Source: the human T2T-CHM13v2.0 reference genome, Homo sapiens. From it: 64,000 bases of DNA. The stretch lies in the NCBI RefSeq assembly GCF_009914755.1, contig NC_060939.1. One strand, written 5' to 3'. Under the pieces are notes generated by a model that saw nothing but the letters and a program-made list of their open reading frames with translations, did not search any database and was not told the DNA's origin. A program made the position numbers and the translations under genes. Every line of letters begins with the position of its first letter. Within the stretch, counting starts at the first letter, position 1. Positions 17,341-45,427 of the stretch are shown here, piece by piece.

Positions 17341-17513
17341 GACTGTGATGGCTCACACCTGTAATCCCAGTGCTTTGGGAGGCTGAGGTGGGAAGATTCT
17401 TTGAGCCCAGGAGTTCAAGGCTGCAGTGAATTCTGATCGCACCACTGAACTCCAGCCCGTATGACAGAGTGAGACCCTGTTTCTAAAAACAAAACAAACA
17501 AACAAACAAACAA
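17341..17513 (+). mobile_element. FAM/FRAM Alu monomer in the 3' UTR
   Basis: Single monomer, (aaac)n tail. Confidence 0.75.
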
Positions 17514-17850
17514 CGTATCTTACTGACTAAACTGGAATGGAAATCTTATAATTAGTGTTGTATTTTTCTGCAAAATAGTGAATTGGTACTTGGGAGACTT
17601 CTGTTCTTTGTTGAAAAAAATTGCCTTTGTTTTGAAATTATATCACCTGTGTTCTGAACTAAAATGATGGGAGTTCATTTTGTATTTACTTTGCAGTAAG
17701 TATCATGTAAATATGCAAATGTTGAATGTAATATAGATTGTGTCCTCATTGAGTTTTTGGGTGATACAGTTTATAAATATAACAATTATACACCCTCATA
17801 CATTCGTCTGATTTTGAGCTTGTAAGATGAGAACTGCTTTTTACACATTT

Positions 17851-17856
17851 AATAAA
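17851..17856 (+). terminator. Probable distal polyadenylation signal of BLOC1S6
   Basis: AATAAA preceded by UGUA motifs (e.g. 17706, 17821); fits the recalled long UTR. Confidence 0.65.
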
Positions 17857-18007
17857 AAAAGGTCTCTGAATTATCTGATGTCATTTATCAAGCATCCTTC
17901 TGTGCACAGCGCTATATACTCCCCTTCATGTACATTATTTCAAACATTCTACTCTCTTCTCTTCTCACCTGTTATCTTTCTCTTAATGTTCTCCATCTAT
18001 TGTGTCA

Positions 18008-18616
<609 letters not shown>

Positions 18617-18811
18617 TATGATAGTGTGAAAAGATTCTAGTCAAACCAATTTCATAAAGTTTTTCACTTTTCTTTGAGAACAAAAATAATACCCACTGTT
18701 AGTAGTTTGGTAGAAAGTGCTTCAAAAGGATCCCTGCATGTACGACTTACAAAAAATGAAAATTTCCAACTGATAGTATATTTTAGGTCAGATTTTTAAG
18801 TTTTTTTTTTA

Positions 18812-19249
<438 letters not shown>

Positions 19250-19897
19250 AGTTTATTCCTACTGTTTTACCTCAGTTTGTATGTATGAGGTCAGATTCCA
19301 TTTAGTCTTCAGGTTAGCATTTGAGTGAGACTAGGTTTATTTTCAAAACCTGTAGGAGAATGAAGTGAGTAGTCAAGAGAGACAGTTCTAATGACTGCAA
19401 TTTGAAAAGCACTTAAAGCAAAAATTCCAAAGAAACACACTGTAAAAGAAGGGCAATCAAAGAGAAGGTGGGTAAAATTTGGGATGGGATGGGGGTGGTG
19501 ATTGAGAAAGAGAAAAGAACAGGCCTAGACCAACGTGGAAGGTCAAGGTAATTTATGCTTCATGTACGTACCCTGAATAAGGGAGGCTTATTCTGTAAAG
19601 AATAAACAATCCACCTATTTTTCTGTAAAGAATAAACAGAATCCACCTGTTTTTGGTTAAAAGTAACAAAAAGTCGCCCCCTACTGTCACTTTATTGTAA
19701 ACGGAGGAAAAGTTTGTAGCTGTTCATTCTGGTTTAGACCATAAATATATTCCTAATGAGCTCTAGGAAGCCTGCAATGTTCAAATCCTGATAAGGATGG
19801 GCTGAAAATCACTCTGAGAATGATTTTCACTCTTATTTTTAGGCCTGACTTTTATTAGTCCATTAGAAGAGAGAGTTAAAAAGTACAAGGGAATACA

Positions 19898-20650
<753 letters not shown>

Positions 20651-21393
20651 TCAGACTGCTTTGGTTCATGTTCCTGCTTGATTTGGGGCATTAGACAAAT
20701 TGCTTAAATTCTGTGTTCCTAAGTTTCTAAAATCGTGAAGTTAGGATTCTAAGAGCTTGTAACTTGATAAGGATGTAAAGTTTCATGATATCTATATAAA
20801 AGCCCTTATTAACAAAATAGTAAGAGCTCAAATGTTGGATATTATATCTTAGTACCTCGAAGTCACATATCTACATGGGGGACTACTTATTTTGCCACCT
20901 TTTGCACATCTATTTTTGCTCATCGGGTTTCCACTGCCTCTAATGTCTGCCTGTTGGAGACCTGTTTATTCTTTGCAAGTCAAATGGCACCTCTTTACAG
21001 TTTTTCTCACTGCCACCCAAAGAATTTATTTTTCTGTGTTCCCACAGTATTTTCATAATACATTGTCTTAACACAGTATTAGTTATGTGTTCATGTGTTT
21101 TTCAGATGCGTTCTGGGTATATGACTGAAGTGAGTCATAGGAAGCAGTGAACTGCTGCTGCCTGGAACCTCCCCCTACCCCATTCCCTGCAGTCCCACCC
21201 TCTGCCCAGCATGCTTAGGAACATTCATTGTAGGGAACCCAAACAATCCCTGTAAGTAGGAATTAAAGAGATAGAAGGTAACTAGAGTAAATAGATTAAG
21301 AAAGCAACCAGATGGCTTAACATGTCATCAGAGACTTTCTGTGCACTTTCATTTTCATGGTATGAAAGGTTAGGTGTATATTGCAAGTTCTGA

Positions 21394-22103
<710 letters not shown>

Positions 22104-22656
22104 ATAGTTGGTTTTCAGTATGTATTTTGGGCTTGAATTGAATCTTGTAGGAAAGAGATATACATATATTTTTAAAAGTTATAACGAAAAACTGGATTAC
22201 ATAAATGACAAATAAAGAATGTTACAATTAAAAAATTGAATTTCTGCAATTCAGACATGGCTAAGGAGCTTGTAATCCTTGGATAATACAAGCCACTGCT
22301 TCCATGCCTAATTATGTATTTAATTATACTAAAAAATAATGATAACAGGTCCTGAGATTTTAGAAATCAAATGAGCTCAGAGATAATGAGTGAACTGGAG
22401 GATAAAAAAATAGATGCCATGTCTATTTAGATTTATATATTCTCCATCAACTAGGGGCTGCTCAGTTCTCTTAAAAATAGCTTCAGGAAAGAGGTGGGCC
22501 AATTGAGAGCAGGCTCAACAGATAATCTGGCTCTCAGACTTTTTAACAGTACAAGGCACAAAAGGGATAATGCTGCCATCTTGTGGTATTGTTCTCCCAG
22601 TTCTACAAATTCTAGTATTGTCTCAATTGGTCTGATGAAGTTTGGCCGGCCTAGGC

Positions 22657-22936
22657 CTTTTTTCTTTTTTGAGATAGTCTTGCTCTGTTGCTCACACTAG
22701 AGTGCAGTGGCGCGATCTCGGCTCACTGCAACCTCTTTCTCCGGGTTCAAGCGACTCTTGTGCCTCAGCCTCCAAAGCAGCTGGGACTACAGGCACCCAC
22801 CACCACCCCTGGCTAATTTTTTGTATTTTCAGTAGAGATGGGGTTTTGCCACGTTGGCCAGGCTGGTCTCGAACTCCTGGCCTCGGCCTCCCAAAGTGCT
22901 GGCATTACAGGTGGGAGCCACTGCTCCTGGCTGGCC
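22657..22936 (-). mobile_element. AluS
   Basis: Alu consensus. Confidence 0.88.
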
Positions 22937-24039
22937 TAAGCCTTTTTAACTATAACTTTTTAGGCAAATTAGGATTTTCTGTATGGTCTGACCTTTGTTT
23001 AAACAGTGAGATGCTTGAAAGCAATCTATCTGAAACATTTTATAGGATTTAAGATATTTTCTAACTTCTTGAGTCTCCCAGTTTGATGTTAGGCTTGAGG
23101 TTTTGATCAATTAATGATCAATTCATCTGTCATCTATTAACAGCCATGCTCAGAATCGTCATTTAAGAAAAACATTCCAGTCCAAAGATCTTGCTGGGAT
23201 CTTTGGGATCCCATGTGTTTCCATGCTTTTATTCATCTGAGCCTACAATGTCAGGCCTTAACTGATTGGATATGGGGTGGACACCTGGCCCAAGAGTAGC
23301 CAACCCACGGGCTAGTCAGTGATGAATTGGCCTGGCAGGAGAAACTCTGCCTAGATGGAGACTGCAGGGAATCTCAATGGCTTAGTCAATTACCATCTGG
23401 GGAATATGCACTAGAATAGTCAGAGTCAACCCTTTAGTAATTAAATAAGTGAGAGGGCACACAGATACTGACAGAGTAGATGAGTATTAAGTGGAGATGA
23501 GTAGGAGGTTGATGAACTTCTGCTTCTGAAAGGGGACAAAGTAATCAGCTCCCTCAAAATGCCTTGGATCCTGAGCCAATTTGCCTGTATGGGCTCTGTG
23601 AGACTTGGGCGCTAGACTTTTCTTGGGTTCTAGGCTAAGGTTCTTGTTTTCCACATTTTCACAAACATTTTTACCATACCGCCCTCCTGTGCCTAACAGA
23701 TCTCTGTTTATTGCAACTATAAGCATATCACTGTCTTGTAGGTTATTCTAGTAAGTTATATTTTTCAAAATGTTTTAATGTACATTATTTAATTTAATAA
23801 TAAGGATCCTACTTAGGAGTTTATGTATTTTCCATGTCTGCTAATCCAGGAATTCAAGGACGAAGATATCAATGACCAGCACAGAGATGTAATCTTCCTC
23901 TCGGCCACACACCTGGGTGTTTCCCTTATTTTTTTGCTGCGTGTTTCCTTCATGTCGTCCAATTTCTTTTCTTATTCTCATATTTGGCTAGATTTTTAAT
24001 ACCAGATCTATGTCAGCTCCTTCTCAAACCTAAAATTCA

Positions 24040-24220
24040 GAGCCCCAGCTCTGTTGAGCGTGTATTATATTTCAGTTGCTTTATACATGTTATCTCATAA
24101 CAGCAACCTTAGGAGGTAACTATTGTTATTACCATTTTACAGGTGAGGAAGCTGAGACGCATTGGGTCTGATAACTGCCCAGGATCACACAGGTGTAGGT
24201 GGTGGGGCTGGGATTTGATT
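24040..24220. mobile_element. MIR
   Basis: ccattttacaggtgaggaagctgagac...cccaggatcacacag core. Confidence 0.7.
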
Positions 24221-25709
24221 TTTGGAAAAAGGTGAATTTTCTTAAGTTGGAGACCCTAGGAGTAGGGATAGAAATTGACCTTAGGAGTTTTACTTTAAAT
24301 ATCTTGATAAAACTATATCCATAATGGGGAATTATGGGGCTACACCAATCTATCTGCTATTTTTCTTTATCCAGTCTGATGATATTGGAAGAACAAAAGT
24401 GAAGAAGGCATGAGTTTCTCTGTAAGGAGAGAGCCTAGTGGTGAGGATACACAGAACTGTTATTTTCCTGCAAGGTTGCTTTAATTCTAGACAGCCGGTA
24501 AAACTCCACACCTCTAGGGATAGAAATGAGCAACAGTGAGACTAGAACTGGGTGAGATTTGGCTCAGGAGCGTCTCCTTGAGATAACAATGATGCTGATA
24601 GAAGGAAGACAAAGCTGCTAGGAGAAATTAACAACTGCGGGATGGTTAGGACATTCCCGTTAAGGCAGGGCTGTTTTGAGACATTTCATCCCCACCACCA
24701 TCTGGAGAAATCTATCCTTGATTCTGCCTTCCTGGGCCTGCATTTCTGGGTCTGTAGCCTACCACTCAGCTCCATCTATTTTGCACCTTCATAGCTTTGA
24801 AGAAAGAGCATAGCTAGTACTAGAAGCGAAATTTTTATCACTGGAGAAAGTTAGTTTCCCTTAGGGATAAATGTACAGACAGGAGGTGATCCCTAAGACT
24901 CTTACTGGCATTAACGTACTGTGACATCAATGGCTCTTGCTGCAATTGCAGCTTCCAGGCAAATGCACTCATTGCAGGTGGGTTGTTTTTGGCCTTTAAC
25001 CACCTCACAGCCTAGGCCTCAAGTGAGGAATCCTAAGATCTGTCAATTCACCCTCTCAGAATGGAGGAACAGGGAATAGACTGCTTCTGAGTCAGGGCAA
25101 GTACTTCTTTCCTGTTTGGATTGCAAGTATAATAGCAAGGAGAGAGGAGGTGAGGCACACACGAATCACTTTGTCCCTATGCAGTCTGCCTGGGAGCCGT
25201 CTTATTCTACTGACTCAAAAGACACTCCTGAAAGCAGTGCCATCCTGAGCAGCAGCTTGTATTACTTTACAAGTCAGACCTGTTATTAAAGACGCAGACT
25301 GGCATTTAAATCAGGCTGTGTCACACCCATCCTGGTCTTTGTTCTGGCTCCTATGGTGGCCAGGAGAATGTGCCTCACACACCTCCAGCCACAGGGAACA
25401 AAATGGCCTAAGGGCTCCATTGCTGTACTGAGACCTATCTGCATTTGCACCAGGCATGCTTCCTATACAGGCTGCTCCTAGCAAATAGTTAAGGCCGGCA
25501 GGGATACTAAGACAGGTCTATTCCTGGAAGACATGGGACTTCTCTGACTTTGATTCAAGGACTCCCTGTTAGCCTTGCTGAAGCTCTGCTTGGTAGTTTA
25601 ATGCTTCTCCCCAACCCTCCTTTACTTCTTCACTCAGGCAGATAGTACAGATAAGAACAAAGAGGCTGAAGGAAGTGGACGTGTTTGAAGGACTATATTA
25701 TATAAGGCC

Positions 25710-26969
<1,260 letters not shown>

Positions 26970-27342
26970 GGCCAAAAGACCCACCAGAGAATATGTCCTA
27001 TGAGAAGGCACACAAGATACACTATTCTCCCAGCCATCGAAATGCACTGATGAGAAGGGCACCATCACTAAGAAGTTCTGCAGGCCGTGCTGATGGTAGG
27101 AGTGGCAGTTACAATCTGAGCTTGTCAGCATCTGTGGGCATGATGGGGGCCAGGAGGTGGCACTTAACTGCCAGGAGCCAGGAGGCTTTAATTGCCTTAC
27201 CCACCAAAAGGCAGGGTTTGAGTGACAATCACTGGGCTTTACCAGCAGGGGGTTGTGGACATGGTTAATGGAGCGTAGTGTCTATTTTGCACTTAGAAGC
27301 AAAACAGGCAGGCAGTCAACAAGGATGCTTTTAGCATCTATA

Positions 27343-27569
27343 ACGGGATCAACAAACTGTTCAGGTAAAGGGCTAAATATTTTAGACTTTGCAAGTCATA
27401 CACTCTTTGTGGCAACTGCTCAGCTCAGCTGTTGTAGCACAAAAGCAACCATAGACGATATGTAAGCAAACGAGTGTCCCGTGTTTTAACAAACCTTTGT
27501 TTATGAAAAATAGATGATTGACTAGATCAGGCCATCAATGGCTCCTGGGCCATCATATACTGATCCCTG
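27343..27569. mobile_element. MER58-like hAT MITE within the ERVL
   Basis: gggatcaacaaact...gcaactgctcagctc...gatccctg resembles MER58A. Confidence 0.65.
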
Positions 27570-27846
27570 ATCTATTTATTTTTTTAAAGCAAATTGGAGG
27601 AGCAAGAGGCTGAGGGCAGTAATTTCAATAAAAATCCGGCTCCCTTGCCCAGTTCCCAGACTTAAGTTAATTTTTAGATCTGGATACATGGACTGGAGAG
27701 GTGGTTGAAGGAAGAACCGTGCAACATGATGGCAAACATATACTGTGATGATTCCCCTAGTCTCCTCAAAGGGACCTATGGCCATTTTCTTGGGTGACTA
27801 TACACTGAAGGGGGAATAATCAGACATTTATAAAGTAATTGGACAG

Positions 27847-28196
<350 letters not shown>

Positions 28197-30157
28197 TCAT
28201 AGCCCTGCTGTTAGAGCAGAGTTTAGGAGGACCAACTAAAAAATGGGGTGCTAGATAAAGCCCAGTTTACAATGGGCCCAGGAGGCCTGCAGATCCATTC
28301 AGTGGTCACACTACATCTTTTCCCACCACTCACACCTCCAACACCATGGGGGTCTGCTGGCAGAGCTGACTGCACTATGGCTTGGACCTGCTGCAGCACC
28401 CTTTCTCGTTCTAGCCCCACTCAAGCCAGAAGCTTTCTGTGTCACCCAGTACATGGGCCAGAAATATATCCCCCAGGGGTGGAATATGTTGTCTCAAGAA
28501 CACAAAAAGGCCTACAAGGCACTGCCTTCTTTCCTCAAAACAGGGCTAGAAGATACATCAATTTGCCTTTTACTTTAGAACAGGCTATTCCAGAATACTT
28601 CCAACCACGAGACCTCCAAATATGTTTCTGAAATGGCCTGTTCTGGACTCTTCACAGGGTTTATCTCCTACGCTCTGAAATGCACGCATCTCATCAAGGC
28701 CTCCAGCATACTTGCCCCTCTGGCTGGTCCTGTCTAATGAGCTTTATGTCATCTCAGTGTAATGGATCAATGTGATATGTTCTTGGATGTTTAAGAGGTC
28801 CAGATCTCTCAGACTATCTTATAATAGGAGGTGGGATGGGTAATATAACTCTAAGGCAAACTGTAAATTAATATTGTATGGTTTTTCTGCCCACAGAGCC
28901 TCAGCCAGCACTTCCATCTGGAAGCTTAGGGAATGCTTGATCCACAGTTGTGGAATCCTGCGTAGCAGAGCATCCAACTAGGGAATCTACTTCAAGTGAA
29001 GGAGGTGTGGGAGTGGGTCCTGACCATGGGATTCTCTGGTTGTGTTATGAACTGCACCACCCAGAAGCAACTGGCCTTATAGATTGTTGAGATGGTCTTC
29101 TAAAGTAACAACTGAAATGGTAGCTCTGAGAAAGGATGTGAAATAATGAAGTGCCATCTTTCAGGACACGGTGCATTTATTAAATCAGTGACCTCTCTAT
29201 GGTTCTACTTCCCTAGTAGGAAGGATACAAGGGTCAGGAAACTAAGGGGTGGAAGGAGAAGTGGCCCTACTTACCATCGTTTCCAGTGACCCACTTACTA
29301 CCATTCCCCAGTGATCCACTGGGGGATTTTCTGCTTTCTTTCTCTGCAACTCTAGGCTCTGCATGATTGGAGGTCCTGATTCTCAAAGGGAACACACTCT
29401 TGCCAGGGATATAATAAAGGTGCCACTGAACTATAAGTTGTGGCTGCTGACAGGGTGCTTTGTACTTTTTGTGTTCAGGCACCAGCAGGCAAGAGAGGAG
29501 CTGGTATACTAGCAAAAGCACTGAAGTGATCGTTAGGGGGAGGTAAGTTCATTTACAAGATGGGGCAAGGAGGAAGATGTGTGGAACTCGGGTGATTCAT
29601 TTGGGTACCTCCTGTACTCCCTAGCCCCATTATAACTGTGAATAGATAGACGCGGCAACCTCAGCCTTAGAAGAGTATGATTATCGTGAGTTCAGACCCC
29701 TCAGGAATGAAAGTTTGGGTTACACCACCAGGTAAGCCACCAAGACCGGCCAAGGCGATAGCTGAGGGTGAAGGGGATTTAGAATGAATAGTGGAAGAGG
29801 GAGAAGGTAAGTACTAATTGTGGTCCTGTGATCAACTGTGGTGATCTTGGGACTGTAATTCATCCAACCAACCCCCTCTGCTCAGTTGCCCCTTAGGAAG
29901 GAAGGCCCATGAGGACTATGGAGTAGCTGCTCCTTGCACCTGTGTGGAGAAGTACATCTATACGGCTCAAGGGGTAGATTGTGGTGGCCATTAGAACATG
30001 CCTCACAGACCTTCAGCTACAGGGAACCTCATTTTCTGGGCCCCAGTTACTTTGCTCTGAAGTGTACTGCTATGTTTGTACTGAGGATGCTTCCCATGGG
30101 CTACTCCTAGCCCAGTGACAGCTCAGCAAGGATACTAGGCAGACCCATTCCTGAGAA

Positions 30158-30316
30158 CAGAGATGGCTACATAATTTGCAAGATCTAGTGCAAAATGAAA
30201 ATGCAGGCCCCTTGTCAAATATGATGAAAAAATTTAAGATGGCAGCAGCAGAGGATTAAGCCAAGTATTGGCCCTGTGTGACTATACAGGTGACATTCTC
30301 ATTAAGCTGATTCTGC
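30158..30316. mobile_element. MER91-like hAT MITE within the 3' LTR16A
   Basis: ggctacataatttgc...tgcaaaatgaaaatgcaggcccc...ggccctgtgtgact motif. Confidence 0.6.
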
Positions 30317-30877
30317 CTGGAAAATAAGGGATTTCTCTAAGACTGGCTCTGACAGTTTTGCTAAGCCTTCCTTAGAGTACACAGCTGTATACAAAACTTC
30401 CACTCAACTTTTCGTCCCTGTCTTGTTCTTTTGAGGTCAGACTTGCATTGTAGGCTGATTGCTATCTCAACCATCTCCCTCTCATTTTCTCCCTAAGAAT
30501 TTGCTTAAAAATCCTTGTATGTTTAGCTCTGTCTTGATGCCTGCTTCTCAGAGTACATGGATTAACACAGAGCCTTAATTCTGCTATCTTTTCACACTTG
30601 TATGTAACAAACCCTCCAACATAAAATCTCTTTTTCCCACCAATAAAAGCAATTTAGGCTTCTTATTTCCTGGATCCCAGCTGGATACTACTTACCCATA
30701 AAATGACTTGATTTCAAATGTACAGTGCAGGTCACACAGAGATTAAACTTAATTTGTATCCCATTTTTACCATAGCTTCTCCCCTGATTGACAAGGCTGA
30801 TTGTATTTTGGACATGGGATTGCGGTAGAGGTTCCCGGGAGAGGAAGAGACATTTGGAAGAAAAAGGTGAGAAATCA

Positions 30878-31178
<301 letters not shown>

Positions 31179-31233
31179 GGTGAGAAATAATTGAGAGAAA
31201 AGAGAATTGGAGTAAGAAAGAGGGAGAAAAGTA

Positions 31234-33740
<2,507 letters not shown>

Positions 33741-33758
33741 AAAGAGGGAGAAAAGTAA

Positions 33759-38834
<5,076 letters not shown>

Positions 38835-39113
38835 TAATGTCCCTTTTCTACTTAAGGCATCCAGAGCTGGTTTCTTTCTTGCAACCGATAATGCTGATTG
38901 AGATAGAACCTCCATATACATTAGTGCTTCTTGTCTGAAAACAACAACAACTTGACCTTCAATGACACAGATGAGGTTACTCCAGCTACCCTGTAGACTG
39001 ATGTAGTTTTAGTTATTATTTGATAAGCAGATTAGCTGTGAGGAAAACAGCATGTTTGGGAGGTGTTGGGGCTGTCTTTTAAAAACGAGGCATGAAACCC
39101 AAGTATTGCCCTG

Positions 39114-39467
39114 TAATATGGTTTGGCTGTGTCCCCACCCAAATATCAACTTGAATTGTATCTCCCAGAATTCCTAGGTGTTGTGGGACGGACTCAGGGT
39201 GAGGTAATTGAATTATGGGTGCTGGTCTCTCAAGTGCTATTCTCATGATAGTGAGTTAGTCTCACGAGATCTGATGGGTTTATTAGGGGTTTCTGCTTTT
39301 GCTTCTTCCTCATTTTCTCTTGCCGCCACCATGTAAGAAGCGCCTTTCGCCTCCCTCCATGATTCTGAGGCCTCCCCAGCCACATGGTACTGTAAGTCCA
39401 ATTAAACTTCTTTTTCTTCCCAGTCTTGGGTATGTCTTTATCAGCAGTGTGAAAACAAATTAATACA
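39114..39467 (+). mobile_element. THE1A solo LTR (MaLR)
   Basis: taatatggtttggctgtgtccccacccaaa...gggtttattaggggtttctgcttttgc...taataca; near-TSD ccctg / acctg. Confidence 0.92.
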
Positions 39468-40176
39468 ACCTGTTCATCTGCCTATCTGGTTCTGAGACTG
39501 CCCTGTGGCTTGGCAGGATGAAACACCATGTGATGCTTGCTCCCTGATGCATAGCAAGAACTCATTCCCAGCTCTCCCACAAGTCTCATTGCTTAGCTGT
39601 GAAGCCTTGGCTGGGTTACTGTCCCAGCTAGGGAGGGTTTGCTGGGGAGGCTAGGGTATGAGTTGTTTCTCTAGCTACTCATCCAGGAAGCATTTGCAGC
39701 AGGGAAGGGATGAGGGTGGGGCTTGCTGATCGGGCAGGAAAGACAGTACTGGAGGATCAGCCTCTTTGCTCTGATCTTCCTCCTGAGCCTTCCCTTTCTT
39801 GTGATAAGGATCCCTTTCACTGTTCCATTCTCTATTTCCACCCATTCCTGTTGCCAGCCCTTCCTGCCCACGTGTCTGCAAATCTTCCCAGAGCCCTGAT
39901 TTGGATTTATTTTCCTTCTCCCGGATGTTCTTGAATTGGGGTGTGTTCCTCTTAGTGCTAGCTCCTCCTATCACTTCTTCTTCCCATCCTTTAATGATAC
40001 TTCTTTCAGTTTCCCATATCCCCAAGTGCACTTTCATTCCTCGCAAACTTCACATGGGTAGGAATCAAGTCTGATTTTTTTCAACAGTGTATGCCTAGAC
40101 AGCGGGCACAGGGCTTGCTGGACACAGAAGGCAAGGACTCAGAGAATATCCACCAGATGAAAGAATGACTGCATGA

Positions 40177-40680
<504 letters not shown>

Positions 40681-40982
40681 CAGGACATGTTTCTTAACTC
40701 TGAATCTGGTTCCACAGCCATCAATCTCAAACCACCCAGCAGGCAGCACATCTCCTGTGACTCCTTCCCGCCTGCATCCTTCCCATTTAAACCAGGGCTT
40801 CTTGGCTTGGATGTGGAGGGTGATGGGACTGGGAAGTGGGGTGAAGCATTTTGGAAATATAGGAGGGGACTTTTTATTTGTCATAAATTTGGGAGAGAGT
40901 CTATTGGCATTTAGAGAGTGGGAACCAAGGAAGCCAACCTCCCTTGCTATGTGAACAGGGCCATATAACAATGAACTGTCCT

Positions 40983-42359
<1,377 letters not shown>

Positions 42360-42386
<27 letters not shown>
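42360..42386. repeat. (TA)n microsatellite ~0.8 kb upstream of SQOR exon 1
   Basis: ~13 TA units after an Alu (caa)n tail. Confidence 0.9.
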
Positions 42387-42390
<4 letters not shown>

Positions 42391-42779
42391 AATTCATAAA
42401 ACCAAATAAGTGTAAAAGAAACTCAAACTTTCAAGGGTTTATTTTTGTTTGTTTTTTTGAAAGCTTCTAGCACTTGCACTTCTCAGGTTATGAGACTTTT
42501 GGGACACCCTGTATTTATTGTAAAAAGGGTTACTGAATCTGATATGGTGGAGAACCACTCACTGAGACTTTACATCAACCTGGAAAGAGCCGCCAACTGA
42601 AAATGTCCAGTCATGAATATGGGATGGGACACTGTGGAGGCCAGTGGCTGGAAGCCAGCTTACCCCTGCCTGCGCGTTTTGAAGGAAGGGCTCCAGCGCA
42701 CACCAAAGCTGAACCTCGGTCACCTTCTCTGTGAAATGAGCGCGGGAATACCTGTGTTTCTGGGCAGCTGTGTGAACCC

Positions 42780-43720
42780 GGTGAGAAGCCCAGGGCACAT
42801 AGGAGGACCCAGTGGGAACAGCCAGAGCCTCTCTGCACAGCGCCCCGCCTCCGCTTTTGCCTGCCCTGATTACAAAACGCTGTTGGCACCCAGGGGCGGA
42901 AGCGTCAGGTGGCCTCGGTGTCCTCCGCCTGTGCGCCCCAGCCTGCGGGGCCGCCCTTCAGGGCGCGCAAGGGGCGAGTCTGTCCAGCCGGCAGCACCCC
43001 AGGCCGGATGGACGCTTGTTCCTGGTTCTGTGCCCCGTGAGCGCTCAACGCCCTGGTGTGTTCACTGACCATGGTGCCTGGGCTGCGGCGCCGGGCGGGG
43101 CACGGCGGGACTTTTCGGGACCTTTCCTGGGGGGAGCCTCGCTTTCCCCGCCTCCAGCCTCCGCCCGGATGGCAGGCGGGCGGGGCCCCAGTCCAGGCCT
43201 TGAGACCCAGAAGGGAGCGAAGGTTTTTGCTGCGCCAACGCAGTGACCGAAGGCTCCGCTCACGCCCGGGTAAGAGGCATCCGCGGCCGATCTTTGGCCC
43301 TGGGCCAGCGGAGGGAGACTGGGCGGGGACAGCGACCACCACTGAGGCTGTTTGTTAGCTTAACTCGGTTTCCGCAGCTGGGACTCCGCAGACCCGGTGC
43401 GCCGCGCCCCAAACTTTGCTTCCTCAACTCCGGACACCTGCAGCTCTTGCTGCCCTTGTCTGGAACCCGGGTCTTGGGACTCTTGCTTCCTTCTCAGAGT
43501 GTCAGAGCCTCAGGGCCGCGGAGAGGCCAACCCGCGAGGGGTGCTTAAAAACCGAAGTATCCGTGGTCTTGGTGTGTGGACGTTTCTGGCGCCTTCCACC
43601 TGTTGACTGTCACTCGGCACCGTCCTGGAGCGGGAGTGGGTGCTCGGCGTCCGGGGGCCAGGGATTGACACAGTCATCCACCGACACTGCGCGTGGGACA
43701 GAGGGGGCGCTCGAGGGGTC
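42780..43720. promoter_or_regulatory. SQOR: CpG island / SQOR promoter
   Basis: Non-repeat, CpG- and GC-dense stretch with GC boxes (ggggcgga ~42893, gggcgggg 43093, ggcgggcgggg ~43175); gene identity from known BLOC1S6-SQOR order on 15q21. Confidence 0.85.
43190..43269 (+). other. SQOR: SQOR non-coding first exon (start approximate)
   Basis: CGG|gtaaga donor at 43269/43270 in the CpG island; ...ccgctcacgcccgg matches my recollection of the SQOR 5' UTR; no SQOR coding exon in the window, so ~43270-64000 is intron 1. Confidence 0.75.
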
Positions 43721-43732
43721 GGCTGCAGCTGA

Positions 43733-45064
<1,332 letters not shown>

Positions 45065-45149
45065 ATAGTAGAAAGGGCACTGACCCAATGACTTGGCTTC
45101 TGGGCTTGACACTTCCATTGACATTTCCAAGGCCCATTGTAACCTTGGC

Positions 45150-45427
45150 TTTTTTTTTTTTTTGAGACATGGTCTTGCTGTGTCGCCTAAGCTGGAGTAC
45201 AGTGAGGTGATCTCTGCTCACTGCAACCTCCTCGCAGGTTCGAGTGATTCGCCTGCCTCAGCATCCCTAGTAGCTGGGATTACACCAGCCACCCACCACC
45301 ACACCTGGCTAATTTTTGTATTTTTTGGTAGAGACAGGGTTTCACCATATTGGCTAGGCTGGTCTTGAACTGCTGACCTCAAGTGATCTGCCCTTGTCTG
45401 CTTCCCAAAGCAACCACCACACCCAGC
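45150..45427 (-). mobile_element. Alu
   Basis: TSD taac(c/t)ttggctttt. Confidence 0.85.

Noticed and set aside
19591-19652. 30-bp tandem duplication (also 11-bp at ~52222 and ~20-bp at ~44975)
   Set aside because: Common slippage-type duplications with no sign of function
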